DNA from: Candidatus Multivoradales bacterium
GTDB taxonomy: Bacteria; Acidobacteriota; Thermoanaerobaculia; Multivoradales; JAHEKO01
Assembly: GCA_965248055.1 (NCBI GenBank)
Contig: CBDFIJ010000004.1
Location: forward strand, 1,600,001-1,664,000
Length of the DNA stretch: 64,000 nt
Direction: 5' to 3'
The notes under the pieces: generated by a model
What the model saw: only the letters and a program-made list of their open reading frames with translations
What the model was told of the DNA's origin: nothing
The model's database searches: none
Program-made: the position numbers and the translations under genes
In this document: in pieces, positions 9,672 through 20,575 of the stretch
Layout: each line of letters opens with the position of its first letter
Numbering within the stretch: the stretch's first letter is position 1

Positions 9672-10919
9672 TTAGGCAAACAACTGCGACGCCTGTTGAA
9701 CGCCGTCGACCAGACAATCTACATCTTTTTCGCAATTGTACAACCCAAAGGAAGCGCGCACGGTCGCTGGAACGGAAAAGTGATCCATCACCGGTTGCGC
9801 ACAATGATGTCCAGCGCGTACCGCAATTCCCTGCCGGTCAAGAATCGTCCCGAGGTCGTGAGCATGGACTCCGTCGACGACAAAAGAAACCACCGCAACC
9901 CGTTGCTTCGGCTCACCTATCAGCCTGAGTCCGGAGATCTCTTGCACTCGCTCTAGTGCGTAGGCAAGCAGATCGTCTTCATAGGCTGCCAAGGCCTGTC
10001 GATCGAACCCAGTTAGGTAGTCGATCGCGGCGCCCAAGCCGACCGCGCCAGCAATATTGGGCGTTCCGGCCTCGAAACGATGCGGTGAAGGTGCGTACTC
10101 GGTGTGTTCAAAGGTGACGCTACGAATCATTTCGCCACCGCCCTGAAAAGGTTCCATGGAGGACATTAATGGGCCCTTGCCATAGAGAACGCCGATGCCC
10201 GTCGGGCCGTAGAGCTTGTGGCCCGAGAAGGCGTAGAAATCACAGCCAATCGCGGCAACGTCGAGCGGAAGATGCGGCGCGGCTTGCGCTCCATCGATCA
10301 GTGTCGGCACTTCCCGCGCCTGGGCAATCGCAACCATTTCCTCTACCGGGTTGACGGTACCCAGGGCGTTTGAGACATGGGCAAAGGCACAAAACTTGGT
10401 TTGCTGGGAAAACGCCTCGGCAAACCGATCCACATCAACGTCGCCCCGATCGTTGATTGGCACGACGCGTAACTTCGCTCCGGTCTGTTTGCAAACCATT
10501 TGCCACGGAACGATGTTCGAGTGGTGCTCTAGTCCGGTCAACAAGATCTCATTGTCGGTAGTAAGCCGAGGTCGAACGAAAGCCTGGGCCACTAAGTTGA
10601 CCGCCTCGGTGGTACCGCGGACAAACACCACTTCTCGAGACTCTTGCGCTCCCAGAAACTTTCGCGCAGTCTCCCGTGCCCCTTCATAGGCGGCGGTCGC
10701 TTCCTGAGAAAGGGTATGCACCCCACGATGCACGTTGGCGTAACTGGTGCGGTAGAACTCCGCCTCGGCATCGATGACTTGGTGTGGCTTCTGGGCGCTC
10801 GCCGCGCTGTCCAGATAGACCAGCCGTTTCCCGTGCACTTTCCGTTGCAGGATCGGAAAGTCGGCACGCGCCCGTTCGGCTGGGAACGGGCCGCGATCAG
10901 CCGAGGTCATCGTCGCCAT
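9672..10919 (-). CDS. sufS: Cysteine desulfurase SufS
   Basis: YLDSAASAQKP, EHHSN, SGHK, RAGHHCA. Confidence 0.97.
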   Translation of the reverse strand: MATMTSADRGPFPAERARADFPILQRKVHGKRLVYLDSAASAQKPHQVIDAEAEFYRTSYANVHRGVHTLSQEATAAYEGARETARKFLGAQESREVVFVRGTTEAVNLVAQAFVRPRLTTDNEILLTGLEHHSNIVPWQMVCKQTGAKLRVVPINDRGDVDVDRFAEAFSQQTKFCAFAHVSNALGTVNPVEEMVAIAQAREVPTLIDGAQAAPHLPLDVAAIGCDFYAFSGHKLYGPTGIGVLYGKGPLMSSMEPFQGGGEMIRSVTFEHTEYAPSPHRFEAGTPNIAGAVGLGAAIDYLTGFDRQALAAYEDDLLAYALERVQEISGLRLIGEPKQRVAVVSFVVDGVHAHDLGTILDRQGIAVRAGHHCAQPVMDHFSVPATVRASFGLYNCEKDVDCLVDGVQQASQLFA

Positions 10920-10921
10920 GG

Positions 10922-12232
10922 TTAGACCGCCTGGCGCACAACTTCGCCGCGCGGCAAGCGACGAAACAAAATCTCTTCTAGATCGATACGCGTCTTCTCG
11001 ACTTTGACCCTAGAAACGATATCGCTGGCAAAAGCGTAGGTCAGCAGACTCCGCGCAGCGACCTCACCGATGCCACGAGACCGCAGGTAGAAAAGCGCTT
11101 GTGGGTCCAACTGACCGATGGTCGATCCGTGGGTACACTTGACGTCATCGGCAAAGATCTCCAGTTGGGGATTCGAGTTGACGATCGCCTCCTCAGAGAG
11201 CAGCAAATTTCGGTTGGTCTGCTTGGCGTCAGTTTTCTGCGCGCCCTTGTGAACAAAAATACGACCATTAAACACCGCCCGTGAACGACCCTCCATGATC
11301 CCTTTGTAGAGCTCATGGCTGGTGGTGTTGGCTTGGCAATGCTCCACCCGCATGTGGTTGTCGACCAATTGGTTGCCCTCCACCATATATAAACCGTTGA
11401 GAATCGAGTCGGCTCCCTCACCATCCAATTCAGCAACCACATCATTGCGCACCACCGCTCCACCCCAGGTAATCGCGTGAGAGGCAAAAGCGCTGGCCGT
11501 CTGCTGATGGACGTGGGTGAGACCCAGGTGATAGGCCGAGGTCGACTCCCTTTGCACCCGGTAGTGATCGACGACCGCGTTGGCATCGAGGGCAAATTCG
11601 GTCACCGGCGCGGTCAAGTATTTGCCTTCACCCACCGTCAGGTGCTGCTCCACCAAGGTCACCTGAGAACTCTCCGCTACGCGCACAAACAGGCGGGGAA
11701 AAAACGCGGTCGGTCCGGACTCGGTGACCGCCACCGAAAGAATGTAGAGCGGCTGCTCGACGACCACGCCCTTGTCCAATTCCAAGACCAAAGCATCATC
11801 GAAGAAGCTGGTGTTGAGCGCAGCAAACGGGTGCCGATCAAACTGGGCCAGCGAACCCACCGGAGTGATGCTGTCGCCCATGGTCGCCAAGCTGGCCAGC
11901 CGAACTCCCTTAGGAAGGCCGTCAATCGAAGAAAGCTCATCGGACCACCGGCCGTTGACCAACACCACCACCGGCCCGTCTGTCTCATGGTAGGGCTCAA
12001 GATCCGATTTGCTGACCGTCAGGTCAGGACTGGGAGTCGTAAATTGAGTGCGTCCAATCGAGGCAACATTGGTGAAACGCCATTCCTCCATCCGGGTGGT
12101 CGGAAGGCCCTGCGCGCGGAAACTCTCAACACCACGCTGGCGCAAGCCACGCCACGCCGCCGAGGGTGCCGAATCAACCTCAAGTTCGGCGAACGGCTTG
12201 GCCCGCTCGGCGTTCGCGGTCACTGCGGTCAT
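10922..12232 (-). CDS. sufD: Fe-S assembly protein SufD
   Basis: PQLEIFADDVKCTHGST, FYLRSRGI. Confidence 0.95.
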   Translation of the reverse strand: MTAVTANAERAKPFAELEVDSAPSAAWRGLRQRGVESFRAQGLPTTRMEEWRFTNVASIGRTQFTTPSPDLTVSKSDLEPYHETDGPVVVLVNGRWSDELSSIDGLPKGVRLASLATMGDSITPVGSLAQFDRHPFAALNTSFFDDALVLELDKGVVVEQPLYILSVAVTESGPTAFFPRLFVRVAESSQVTLVEQHLTVGEGKYLTAPVTEFALDANAVVDHYRVQRESTSAYHLGLTHVHQQTASAFASHAITWGGAVVRNDVVAELDGEGADSILNGLYMVEGNQLVDNHMRVEHCQANTTSHELYKGIMEGRSRAVFNGRIFVHKGAQKTDAKQTNRNLLLSEEAIVNSNPQLEIFADDVKCTHGSTIGQLDPQALFYLRSRGIGEVAARSLLTYAFASDIVSRVKVEKTRIDLEEILFRRLPRGEVVRQAV

Positions 12233-12993
12233 GCGATCGCCACCTGCTTCGAAGACGCAACATCCTCGGCGTAGCCCTTCTCTTCCAACTCCAAAGCCAG
12301 CTCTTTGCCTCCGGAACGCTGTACTTTGCCCTGGACCAAGACGTGAACCACGTCTGGAACAATGTAATTGAGCAAACGCTGGTAGTGGGTGATGACAACG
12401 AATCCACGATTCTCGTTACGCAGGGTGTTGACCCCACTGGCAACGATCTTCAAAGCGTCGATGTCGAGCCCGGAATCGGTCTCATCAAGCACCGCCAACA
12501 CCGGATCCAAAACCGCCATGTGGAAGATCTCGTTACGCTTTTTCTCTCCCCCAGAAAACCCTTCGTTCACCGGTCGATTGAGGAGACTCTCGTCCATCTT
12601 GACCAAGTCCATCTTGGAGCGCACATAGGTGAGGAAGTCCATCGCGTCCAGCTCTTCTTCGTTGCGATGTTTGCGGATCGCGTTCAGCGCAGCCTTCAGG
12701 AAGTAGACGTTTGAAACACCGGGGATCTCCACCGGATACTGAAACGCCATGAAGATGCCCTCACGGGCACGCACCTCAGGATCCATGTCCAGCAGATCTT
12801 GTCCACGAAACAAGATCTCGCCTTCGGTCACTTCATACTCTTCTTTGCCTGCCAAGACATTGGCCAGCGTCGATTTACCGGACCCATTCGGCCCCATGAT
12901 CGCGTGGACTTGCCCCGGGTTAATTTTCAAGTCAACGCCGTGGAGGATCTTGATCCCCTCCACTTCGACGTGCAGATTCTTAATCTCCAGCAT
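12229..12993 (-). CDS. sufC: Fe-S assembly ATPase SufC
   Basis: GPNGSGKST, FQYPVEIPGV, FSGGEKKRNE, LDETDSGLD; start at MLEIKNL. Confidence 0.97.
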   Translation of the reverse strand: MLEIKNLHVEVEGIKILHGVDLKINPGQVHAIMGPNGSGKSTLANVLAGKEEYEVTEGEILFRGQDLLDMDPEVRAREGIFMAFQYPVEIPGVSNVYFLKAALNAIRKHRNEEELDAMDFLTYVRSKMDLVKMDESLLNRPVNEGFSGGEKKRNEIFHMAVLDPVLAVLDETDSGLDIDALKIVASGVNTLRNENRGFVVITHYQRLLNYIVPDVVHVLVQGKVQRSGGKELALELEEKGYAEDVASSKQVAIA

Positions 12994-13027
12994 GTGAACT
13001 CCGTAGATAGAAAAAAGACGGCGCCGA

Positions 13028-14545
13028 CTAACCGACGCTGCCTTCGAGGTTAATTTCGAGCAGCTTCTGGGCCTCCACCGCGAATTCCATCGGCAACTCG
13101 CGGAAGACCTCTTTGCAGAAACCGTTAACAATCATCGACAACGCGTCTTCGGTAGAGATACCGCGCTGGTTGCAGTAAAAGATCTGATCCTCTCCGACCT
13201 TGGAGGTGGAAGCTTCGTGCTCCATCTGGGCACTCGGGTTCTGAACATCGATGTAGGGGAAGGTGTGGGCGCCACACTGATCGCCAATCAACATCGAGTC
13301 GCACTGCGAGAAATTCCGCGCGTTGTTGGCACCACCAAGAATCTTGACCGCCCCACGATAGGTATTTTGGCCGTGACCCGCGGAGATCCCTTTCGAAACA
13401 ATGGTCGAGGTGGTATCGCTCCCCACATGAATCATTTTGGTTCCAGTGTCTGCCTGCTGGCGCCCCTTGGAAAGCGCCACCGAGTAAAACTCACCCACCG
13501 ACTGATCCCCCTTGAGGATCACACTGGGATATTTCCAGGTGATAGCAGATCCGGTCTCAACCTGGGTCCAGGAAATCTTGGCTCGTCTGCCGGCGCACAA
13601 ACCGCGCTTGGTGACGAAGTTGAAGATTCCACCCTTGCCGGTTTTTTTGTCCCCCGGATACCAGTTCTGCACCGTTGAATACTTGATTTCCGCATCTTCG
13701 GCGGCGTGCAGCTCGACCACCGCCGCGTGCAGTTGGTTTTCGTCGCGCATCGGAGCGGTACAGCCCTCGAGATAGGAAACATGGGCGTCCTTTTCCGCGA
13801 CGATCAGGGTGCGTTCAAACTGACCGGTGTTCTGCGCGTTGATACGAAAGTAGGTCGACAACTCCATCGGACAACGCACGCCCTCCGGGATGTAGACAAA
13901 CGAACCATCGGAAAACACCGCCGCATTGAGCGCCGCGAAGAAGTTGTCCTTGGCCGGTACCACCGACCCCAAGTACTTACGCACCAGGTCCGGATGCTCC
14001 CGAACCGCCTCGGAAAAGGAACAAAAGATCACCCCAGCTTCGGCCAAACGGTCACGAAACGTGGTTGCCACCGAGACGCTGTCAAAAACCGCATCTACCG
14101 CGATTCCAGCCAGCATCTCCTGCTCGTACAAAGGAATCCCGAGCTTGTTGTAGGTGTCGAGAATCTCAGGATCGATCTCATCCAAGCTCTTCGGACCATC
14201 GCCTTTCTTCTTGGGGGCCGAGTAGTAACTGATCGCTTGATAGTCGACCGGCTCATAGGTGATGTTGGCCCAGGTCGGTTCCTCCAGGGTCAACCAGTGG
14301 CGATAAGCAGATAGTCGCATTTCGAGCAGCCAGTCGGGTTCGCCTTTGATCTCGGAAAGTCGACGGATGACGTCTTCGTCCAAACCGGGTGGAAACGTGT
14401 CTTGTTCTACGTCGGTGACGAAACCGTACTTGTACTCCTCTGCCGCCTTCTCGTGCAACAGGGCTTCATCTTCACTCTGCGCTAACGGCATTGGAGCCTC
14501 TTCGGAAGCCGCCGAGGGATCGACGGTGTTGGTTTCAGTAGGCAT
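13028..14545 (-). CDS. sufB: Fe-S assembly protein SufB
   Basis: [31 protein letters not shown]; start taken at MPTETN. Confidence 0.96.
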   Translation of the reverse strand: MPTETNTVDPSAASEEAPMPLAQSEDEALLHEKAAEEYKYGFVTDVEQDTFPPGLDEDVIRRLSEIKGEPDWLLEMRLSAYRHWLTLEEPTWANITYEPVDYQAISYYSAPKKKGDGPKSLDEIDPEILDTYNKLGIPLYEQEMLAGIAVDAVFDSVSVATTFRDRLAEAGVIFCSFSEAVREHPDLVRKYLGSVVPAKDNFFAALNAAVFSDGSFVYIPEGVRCPMELSTYFRINAQNTGQFERTLIVAEKDAHVSYLEGCTAPMRDENQLHAAVVELHAAEDAEIKYSTVQNWYPGDKKTGKGGIFNFVTKRGLCAGRRAKISWTQVETGSAITWKYPSVILKGDQSVGEFYSVALSKGRQQADTGTKMIHVGSDTTSTIVSKGISAGHGQNTYRGAVKILGGANNARNFSQCDSMLIGDQCGAHTFPYIDVQNPSAQMEHEASTSKVGEDQIFYCNQRGISTEDALSMIVNGFCKEVFRELPMEFAVEAQKLLEINLEGSVG

Positions 14546-15017
14546 AGGTCTGCTCTCCGGGAGAATGCTCTTGTGTTGATTTCTGTTGGCCAAGCTGGAG
14601 CAGTTGCGGAACGCTGTTTGCCGCCATCTCGGCGATCGACACCGAAGACAATGCCGCCTCAACAGCTGCATTGATGCGCTCCCAGTTGCCACGGATAGTG
14701 CAGTCGGCCTCGACCGCACACAAGCCTGGCGTATCGTCTACACACTCGGTCATCGCGATCGGTCCGTCGACTGCTCGAATTGCATCCCCCACCGAAACTT
14801 GCTCTGGACTGCGTGCCAGTCGGTAGCCACCATGCACCCCTCTCTCAGATTCCAGAATTCCGGCCCGCGCTAGCAGCTTCAGCACCTTGGCAACCGTCGG
14901 TTGTGGCAAATGACAAAACTCAGACAATTCGGTTGTTGTGTGCAGATCGGTGGCGGTTCCCGCCATGCCGGTCAACAGCAAGATTCCGTAATCAGCAGCT
15001 TTGGTCAATCGAATCAT
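14535..15017 (-). CDS. Rrf2-family SUF regulator (IscR/SufR-like)
   Basis: [17 protein letters not shown], three C-terminal Cys. Confidence 0.92.
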   Translation of the reverse strand: MIRLTKAADYGILLLTGMAGTATDLHTTTELSEFCHLPQPTVAKVLKLLARAGILESERGVHGGYRLARSPEQVSVGDAIRAVDGPIAMTECVDDTPGLCAVEADCTIRGNWERINAAVEAALSSVSIAEMAANSVPQLLQLGQQKSTQEHSPGEQTYAY

Positions 15018-15087
15018 TCTTTGCTATCGAACCCTCTTTCGAGCGCCAATCAGCGCCGTCCAACGGCTCGTCGTTTCGAGAAAAAAT

Positions 15088-15112
15088 AAAGCGGACTCTT
15101 TTAGTCCTCTTT
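15088..15112. promoter_or_regulatory. IscR type-1-like operator
   Basis: Palindrome AAAGCGGACT-CTTTT-AGTCCTCTTT (GACT-N5-AGTC core) 70 bp upstream of the Rrf2 gene. Confidence 0.75.
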
Positions 15113-15159
15113 CAAGCCAAACAATAACGAGATCGACCTTTCCGGTCAAGCGATTGAGA

Positions 15160-16227
15160 TTAGGATTCTCGGCTTTTGAGCGGCCTACTTTGCGCCGGAC
15201 TTGGCCCCAACAGGATGGCGACCCAACGCATCTTAGGGGTGTGTTCAAAGATGATCTTGGCCATCCGCGTCAAAGGCACAGATAACAACATACCCAAGGG
15301 ACCCCACACCCAGCCCCAGAACAGCAAAGAGAGAAAAACCACTAGCGTAGATAACCCAAAACGTCGTCCCATCCAGCGTGGCTCGATCAGGTTACCAAGA
15401 ACCAAGTTGACGAGCAGATAACCCGCCACGACCAACAGCGCACGACCCAAGCCAAACTGAACCCAGGCCAAGATCGACGCCGGAATCGCCGCCAGAATCG
15501 ACCCCAAGGTGGGGATGAAGTTCAAGAGAAACGCAGCGAGGCCCCAAAACAAAGGAAATTCCAGACCCAATAGAGCCACCCATCCGGCAACCAGTAAACC
15601 AGTCATCGCGCTCACCACCGTCTTGATGGCGACGAAACGCTGCAACTCGCCGACGATGTCCAAGACCTGCCCTTCGCTGTAGGGCAACACCCCGAGCGCT
15701 GCCCGCAGCTTGGGACCAAATCGGTTGGACTCTGCGAGCATGAAGGCCATGGTCAAGAACACCAGCAGCAGAAAGGAAAGCAGGGTCGCAGTGCCCGACA
15801 GCAAATTACCCGCGGTGGCGGCCGCCAAGTTCACCAGCTCGCCGGGGTCCAAGGTCGCCGCGCCGAGCCATGCGCCAAAGGTACCGGTTCCGCGCAACCG
15901 ATCAAACCAGCCTCCGAACCGGAGTTGCACTTGACTGAAGTACTGCGGCGCAGAACTGGCAAACTCATTGACCGCGACCGAGGCCACCACCAAGAACAGG
16001 CCGATCGCCAACAGTGCCGCAATCAAGGTGATCGCCAGTGCCAGCCTTTCGTTGCAACGCTTTTCGGTCAGCCAGCGAAACAACGGCCAGGTGAGCAGAG
16101 TCAGTAGCGTGGCGAACAACAAAGGCAAGATGAACCCAGAAGCCGCGCGCAAACCGGCGACCACGACCACAGTGGCAGCCGCAGCGAACAGGAACCGACT
16201 GGATCGATTGCTAGAGGCTTCGTTCAT
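15160..16227 (-). CDS. AI-2E family transporter
   Basis: Multi-TM; FLLNFIPTLGS, GNLIEPR, FWGWVWGPLGMLLSVP. Confidence 0.92.
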   Translation of the reverse strand: MNEASSNRSSRFLFAAAATVVVVAGLRAASGFILPLLFATLLTLLTWPLFRWLTEKRCNERLALAITLIAALLAIGLFLVVASVAVNEFASSAPQYFSQVQLRFGGWFDRLRGTGTFGAWLGAATLDPGELVNLAAATAGNLLSGTATLLSFLLLVFLTMAFMLAESNRFGPKLRAALGVLPYSEGQVLDIVGELQRFVAIKTVVSAMTGLLVAGWVALLGLEFPLFWGLAAFLLNFIPTLGSILAAIPASILAWVQFGLGRALLVVAGYLLVNLVLGNLIEPRWMGRRFGLSTLVVFLSLLFWGWVWGPLGMLLSVPLTRMAKIIFEHTPKMRWVAILLGPSPAQSRPLKSRES

Positions 16228-16311
16228 CGGTTCAGTCTACGCTTTCGCTCGCAGCAATTCAGTTTCAAGCCTTTCTCGGACGAGACATCCTTGAAACTGA
16301 GTACTCTTGAG

Positions 16312-18288
16312 CTAAGCACTCCTAGATTGAGTACGGTGATGGCCAGCAATCAGAGCTTCCACCACTTCCGGCTCCGCCAGGGTGGTTAAGTCTCCTAGAT
16401 CTTCTGTCTCTCCAGCGGCGATCTTGCGCAAGATCCGGCGCATGATTTTCCCGGAACGCGTCTTGGGCAAACCCGGCGCCACCTGTAGGCGATCTGGGGT
16501 AGCGATCGGGCCGATCACGGTGCGCACCTGCTGGCGCAAGCCCGCGATCAAATCGGGATCATCCTTGTATTGGTCGGCAACCAAGACAAAGGCGTAGATC
16601 CCGGTTCCTTTGACTTCATGCGGATAGCCGACCACCGCGGCTTCGGCAACCGCCGGGTGGGCCACCAAGGCACTCTCGACTTCCGCGGTTCCCAAGCGAT
16701 GCCCCGAAACGTTCAGGACATCGTCGACCCTGCCGGTAATCCAGTAGTAGCCATCGGGATCTCTCCAGCAACCATCCCCGGTGAAGTAGCGACCCGGAAA
16801 TGACGAAAAATAGACCTCGTGGAAACGCTCATGGTCGCCATACAAAGTGCGCGCGATCCCCGGCCACGGACGGCGCATGCACAAATTGCCACGCACATCG
16901 TTGCCTTCCAATTCAACCCCCTCGTCATCCACCAACAACGGATCGACGCCAAACAGGGGCAGGGTCGCCGATCCGGGCTTGGCGGGCGTGGCACCGGGCA
17001 AGGGCGAAATCAGGATTCCTCCGGTCTCCGTCTGCCACCAGGTGTCAACCACCGACGCTGTCTCTTGGCCGACTACCCGGTGGTACCAGTGCCAGGTTTC
17101 TGGGTTGATCGGTTCGCCGACGGTTCCCAGGACTCGCAGTGACGATCGGTCGTGGCGCTCAACCCATTGATCGCCCTCGCGAGCAATCGCTCGCAACGCG
17201 GTGGGCGCGGTATAGAAGATCGTCACCTTGAGATCTTCCACCACCTGCCAATACCGACTGGGGTCTGGATACAGCGGGGTCGACTCAAACATGACGCTGG
17301 TGGCGCCGTTGATCAAAGGTCCGTAGACGATGTAGCTGTGACCGGTAACCCAGCCGATATCCGCGGCACAGAAATAGACATCATCTTCTTTGAGATCAAA
17401 CACCCAACGATGAGTCGCCGAGGCGAACACCGCATATCCGCCGGTCGTGTGCAGAACCCCCTTGGGCCGCCCGGTCGACCCCGAGGTATAGAGGATGAAC
17501 AACGGATCCTCAGCATCCATCATCTCGGGCTGACATTGCGAACTCTGTTCCTTCAGTTCGGCCTCCAACCAGCGGTCTCTGCCCTCAATCATGGGTACGT
17601 CGAGGTCGGTTCGGCGCACCACTAAGACTGTCTCTACCAAGTCTGTCTGTTCAAGAGCGTGGTCGACCGTCGCCTTGAGGGGGATCTTGCGACCACCGCG
17701 CAGTCCTTCATTGGCGGTGACCACCAAGCGACATTCAGCGTCTTCAATACGATCGCTCAGCGCACTGGCGGAGAAGCCAGCAAACACCACTGAATGGACA
17801 GCACCGATACGAGCGCAGGCCAGCATGGTGACCGCGAGTTCTGGGATCATCGGCAAATAGATACAAACTCGGTCGCCGCGTTTGACCCCCAGGGAGCGCA
17901 GCAAATTGGCCAGCTTGCCAACCCTTTGATGCAGTTCCCGATAGCTGATGGTCCGGTACTCGCCCGGTTCATCGGCCACCCAGATCAAGGCTGCCTTGTC
18001 GCCTCGCTGAGCTAAGTGGCGGTCCAAACAATTGCTACTGACGTTCAGGCGCCCATCACCAAACCAACTGAACTCGGCCTTCTCCATCGACCCGACAAAT
18101 CCTTGGGTGGGCGTCTTGTCCCAGTCCAAACGGCCTGCTTGCTCCAGCCAAAACTCGTCGTTGTTTTCGATAGACCGTCGATACAGCTCCCGGTAGGCGT
18201 CCAGGTTGGGGATTTCCGCCGCCGCGGCGATCTGCGCGGTGGGGTAAACGATTTGTTCACTGGTGCGGCTCAATTGATTTATCTCCAT
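16312..18288 (-). CDS. acs: Acetyl-CoA synthetase
   Basis: [43 protein letters not shown]. Confidence 0.97.
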   Translation of the reverse strand: MEINQLSRTSEQIVYPTAQIAAAAEIPNLDAYRELYRRSIENNDEFWLEQAGRLDWDKTPTQGFVGSMEKAEFSWFGDGRLNVSSNCLDRHLAQRGDKAALIWVADEPGEYRTISYRELHQRVGKLANLLRSLGVKRGDRVCIYLPMIPELAVTMLACARIGAVHSVVFAGFSASALSDRIEDAECRLVVTANEGLRGGRKIPLKATVDHALEQTDLVETVLVVRRTDLDVPMIEGRDRWLEAELKEQSSQCQPEMMDAEDPLFILYTSGSTGRPKGVLHTTGGYAVFASATHRWVFDLKEDDVYFCAADIGWVTGHSYIVYGPLINGATSVMFESTPLYPDPSRYWQVVEDLKVTIFYTAPTALRAIAREGDQWVERHDRSSLRVLGTVGEPINPETWHWYHRVVGQETASVVDTWWQTETGGILISPLPGATPAKPGSATLPLFGVDPLLVDDEGVELEGNDVRGNLCMRRPWPGIARTLYGDHERFHEVYFSSFPGRYFTGDGCWRDPDGYYWITGRVDDVLNVSGHRLGTAEVESALVAHPAVAEAAVVGYPHEVKGTGIYAFVLVADQYKDDPDLIAGLRQQVRTVIGPIATPDRLQVAPGLPKTRSGKIMRRILRKIAAGETEDLGDLTTLAEPEVVEALIAGHHRTQSRSA

Positions 18289-18354
18289 GATTTAGCTCCA
18301 CAGGGTCAAAACACAACTTTAGCCCAGCACGCCAAGGTTCGCCGGCCTGGTGGT

Positions 18355-19107
18355 TCAGTCGAAAGCCACGTTCACACCCAGATCCAAAAGCTGTTTCTCG
18401 GCTTGTTGGGCCCAACCACGGTTGGCCGCTGGACTCGCCGGGCTGGGGTGAAGAATGGAACCCACTTGGATCTGAGAGGCAGCCAGAACCTGACCGCAGC
18501 GCCGTGCGCCGAAGGCTCCAACGCCCACCACCAGACTGGGCTCCAAGACCTCCATAGCATCGCGCAGTGCGCGATCACAAGCTTCAAACAAAGGGGTCCG
18601 ATCTTGTACCCTGAGCCGGTCCGGGGTCAAGTTTCGACCGCTGGCTTCCAGAAACAGCAACGGACAGTAGTTGAGCACTAGAAAGCTACGGAAAAATTTC
18701 TCTGGGGTGGAGTGGCGGCCTTGAGCCCATCCCCAGAGCCTGCGCCCACTGACCTCGCTGCGCGGGCACTGCAAACCGGTCACCGGTCGCTTGGGATGCT
18801 CCACCGGTGGTTTGCCAATCTCAGCCGACAAGCCCATCCAATCCCGCACCGCACTCACCTCGCCAAAAGGAATCCCAGTTTGCGCCATTCCCCACGGTCC
18901 CGGATTCATCCCCACCAACACCACTTGGCCTCGACCGACAAATCGATCCAGGTAGTCGACAAACATCGGCCATGCATAGCTCAGCGGGTTGTACACCAGA
19001 TACACCGGCTCCGAGCAGGTGAGCCGATCCACTTCTTTGCGTAGCGCATCAAAAATCGGAATCAGTTGACCAGCGGACGAGCCAGGGTTTTGATAGGTTG
19101 CCGACAA
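18355..19107 (-). CDS. SMUG1-type uracil-DNA glycosylase (start uncertain)
   Basis: VYNPL, GMNPGPWGMAQTGIPFG, SEVSGRR, NYCPL, HPSP. Confidence 0.92.
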   Translation of the reverse strand: MSATYQNPGSSAGQLIPIFDALRKEVDRLTCSEPVYLVYNPLSYAWPMFVDYLDRFVGRGQVVLVGMNPGPWGMAQTGIPFGEVSAVRDWMGLSAEIGKPPVEHPKRPVTGLQCPRSEVSGRRLWGWAQGRHSTPEKFFRSFLVLNYCPLLFLEASGRNLTPDRLRVQDRTPLFEACDRALRDAMEVLEPSLVVGVGAFGARRCGQVLAASQIQVGSILHPSPASPAANRGWAQQAEKQLLDLGVNVAFD

Positions 19108-19108
19108 G

Positions 19109-20575
19109 GTGAGAGTTTTACTGCGGTTTTCCAGTGATTTATGCACTAAGTCGCGGAGCACTCGGCGATATTTTCAACGGCGACTGGCAGCCAATATTCG
19201 CGATGCCATGCGCTCGACCGAACAACCGTTTTCCGTCGATCTCGGATGGAGTCGAGCCACGGTCACCTCCGACGCTCCGCAAACCATGGAAATTCTCGCA
19301 CGGATCCAGAGCATTCACTCGCTTTCGATCGTCGAACGGCATCCGTGGTCAAACTCGGAAGAGATTGTTAATACCGGGGAAAAACTGTTTCGAGACACAG
19401 TAACCGCCAAAACCTTCGCCGTGCGTGCCCGACGCTCGGGAAGCCAACGCAGCCGAATTGAATTTTCCTCCAATTTGGTCGAACGCGAACTGGGCACTCG
19501 ACTCCTGGACGCCAGTAGCGGCGTTGATCTTTCCAACCCTCAGGCGACAGTGCATATCGATATTTCACCCGGCGTCGCGGACTACTACACCGACTCACAA
19601 CCCGGCCCAGGGGGTCTACCTCTAGGGGTAGAGGGACGGGGCTTGGCTCTGGTGTCAGGCGGGTTTGACTCTGCGGTCGCCGCTTGGCTGATGCTCCGAA
19701 GAGGGGTTGCTCTGGATTACCTTTTCTTCAACCTTGGTGGTCAAGCCCACCGGCTAGGGGTGCTCAAGGTCATGGAGGTGATTGCCTCTCAATGGAGTTA
19801 CGGCAGCCAGCCAAAGCTCATCGAAGTGGACTTTCGCCCCACCGTGGTTGCTATCCAAGAACGGGTGACTCGCCGCTACTGGCAAGTGGTACTAAAGCGC
19901 TTGATGCTGCAAGCTGCGGAAAAAGTCGCCGACGCGCGAAAATTTCCGGTGCTGGTTACCGGCGAAGCGGTCGGTCAAGTCTCGTCGCAAACGATTCACA
20001 ACTTACGCGCAATCGACCACCAGCTGGAGGTCCCGGTATTGCGCCCGTTGACCACCTACAACAAGGACGAGATCGTCACTCTGTCGAGAAAAATCGGCAC
20101 CTTTGATCTCTCCTCCAAGGTTGGCGAATACTGCGCCATCCTTCCCGATCGTCCGGCCACCCGAGCAGCGGTTCCGGTGGTCGCGGAGGAAACCGGGAAG
20201 ATTCCGAGCACGGTCATTGACGATGCTCTCGATAAGCGCAAGATCTACAAGCTCCGGCAGCTGGATCCCTCGCAACTGACCTCGGGACTGGAGATCGATC
20301 ATCAGCCACCCGGAGCGATTGTCATCGACCTGCGAACGCGTCGAGAGTTCGATCGGTGGCACCTCGACGGAGCCGTCCACCTACACTTCGATCAGGCACT
20401 CGAGGCCTTTACTACCTTCGCCAGCAACCAGAGCTATCTCTGCTATTGCGATCTAAGTCTCAAGAGTGCCCATCTTGCGGAACTGATGCAGAATCACGGA
20501 ATGGATGCCCATTTCATCCGTATGAGCACCGTGCGCTCCCTGGCCAGATCGACCGCCAAAGCAGCCGTTGGATGA
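19109..20575 (+). CDS. thiI: tRNA 4-thiouridine synthase with THUMP and rhodanese domains
   Basis: GGLPLG, SGGFDS, TGEAVGQVSSQT, EYC; C-terminal rhodanese CYC. Confidence 0.93.
   Translation: MRVLLRFSSDLCTKSRSTRRYFQRRLAANIRDAMRSTEQPFSVDLGWSRATVTSDAPQTMEILARIQSIHSLSIVERHPWSNSEEIVNTGEKLFRDTVTAKTFAVRARRSGSQRSRIEFSSNLVERELGTRLLDASSGVDLSNPQATVHIDISPGVADYYTDSQPGPGGLPLGVEGRGLALVSGGFDSAVAAWLMLRRGVALDYLFFNLGGQAHRLGVLKVMEVIASQWSYGSQPKLIEVDFRPTVVAIQERVTRRYWQVVLKRLMLQAAEKVADARKFPVLVTGEAVGQVSSQTIHNLRAIDHQLEVPVLRPLTTYNKDEIVTLSRKIGTFDLSSKVGEYCAILPDRPATRAAVPVVAEETGKIPSTVIDDALDKRKIYKLRQLDPSQLTSGLEIDHQPPGAIVIDLRTRREFDRWHLDGAVHLHFDQALEAFTTFASNQSYLCYCDLSLKSAHLAELMQNHGMDAHFIRMSTVRSLARSTAKAAVG

Noticed and set aside
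11477-12714. Long + strand ORFs opposite sufD and sufC
   Set aside because: Antisense shadows of conserved genes.
18016-18681. 221-aa + strand ORF spanning acs and SMUG1
   Set aside because: Overlaps two real genes on the opposite strand; no recognisable features.
20356-20571. Extended N-terminus of the GGDEF-EAL ORF
   Set aside because: Overlaps thiI; the ATG at 20572 with ATGA coupling is more plausible. Similar over-extensions were trimmed for sufU, sufC, sufB, pckA, the crotonase, hutI and pta.
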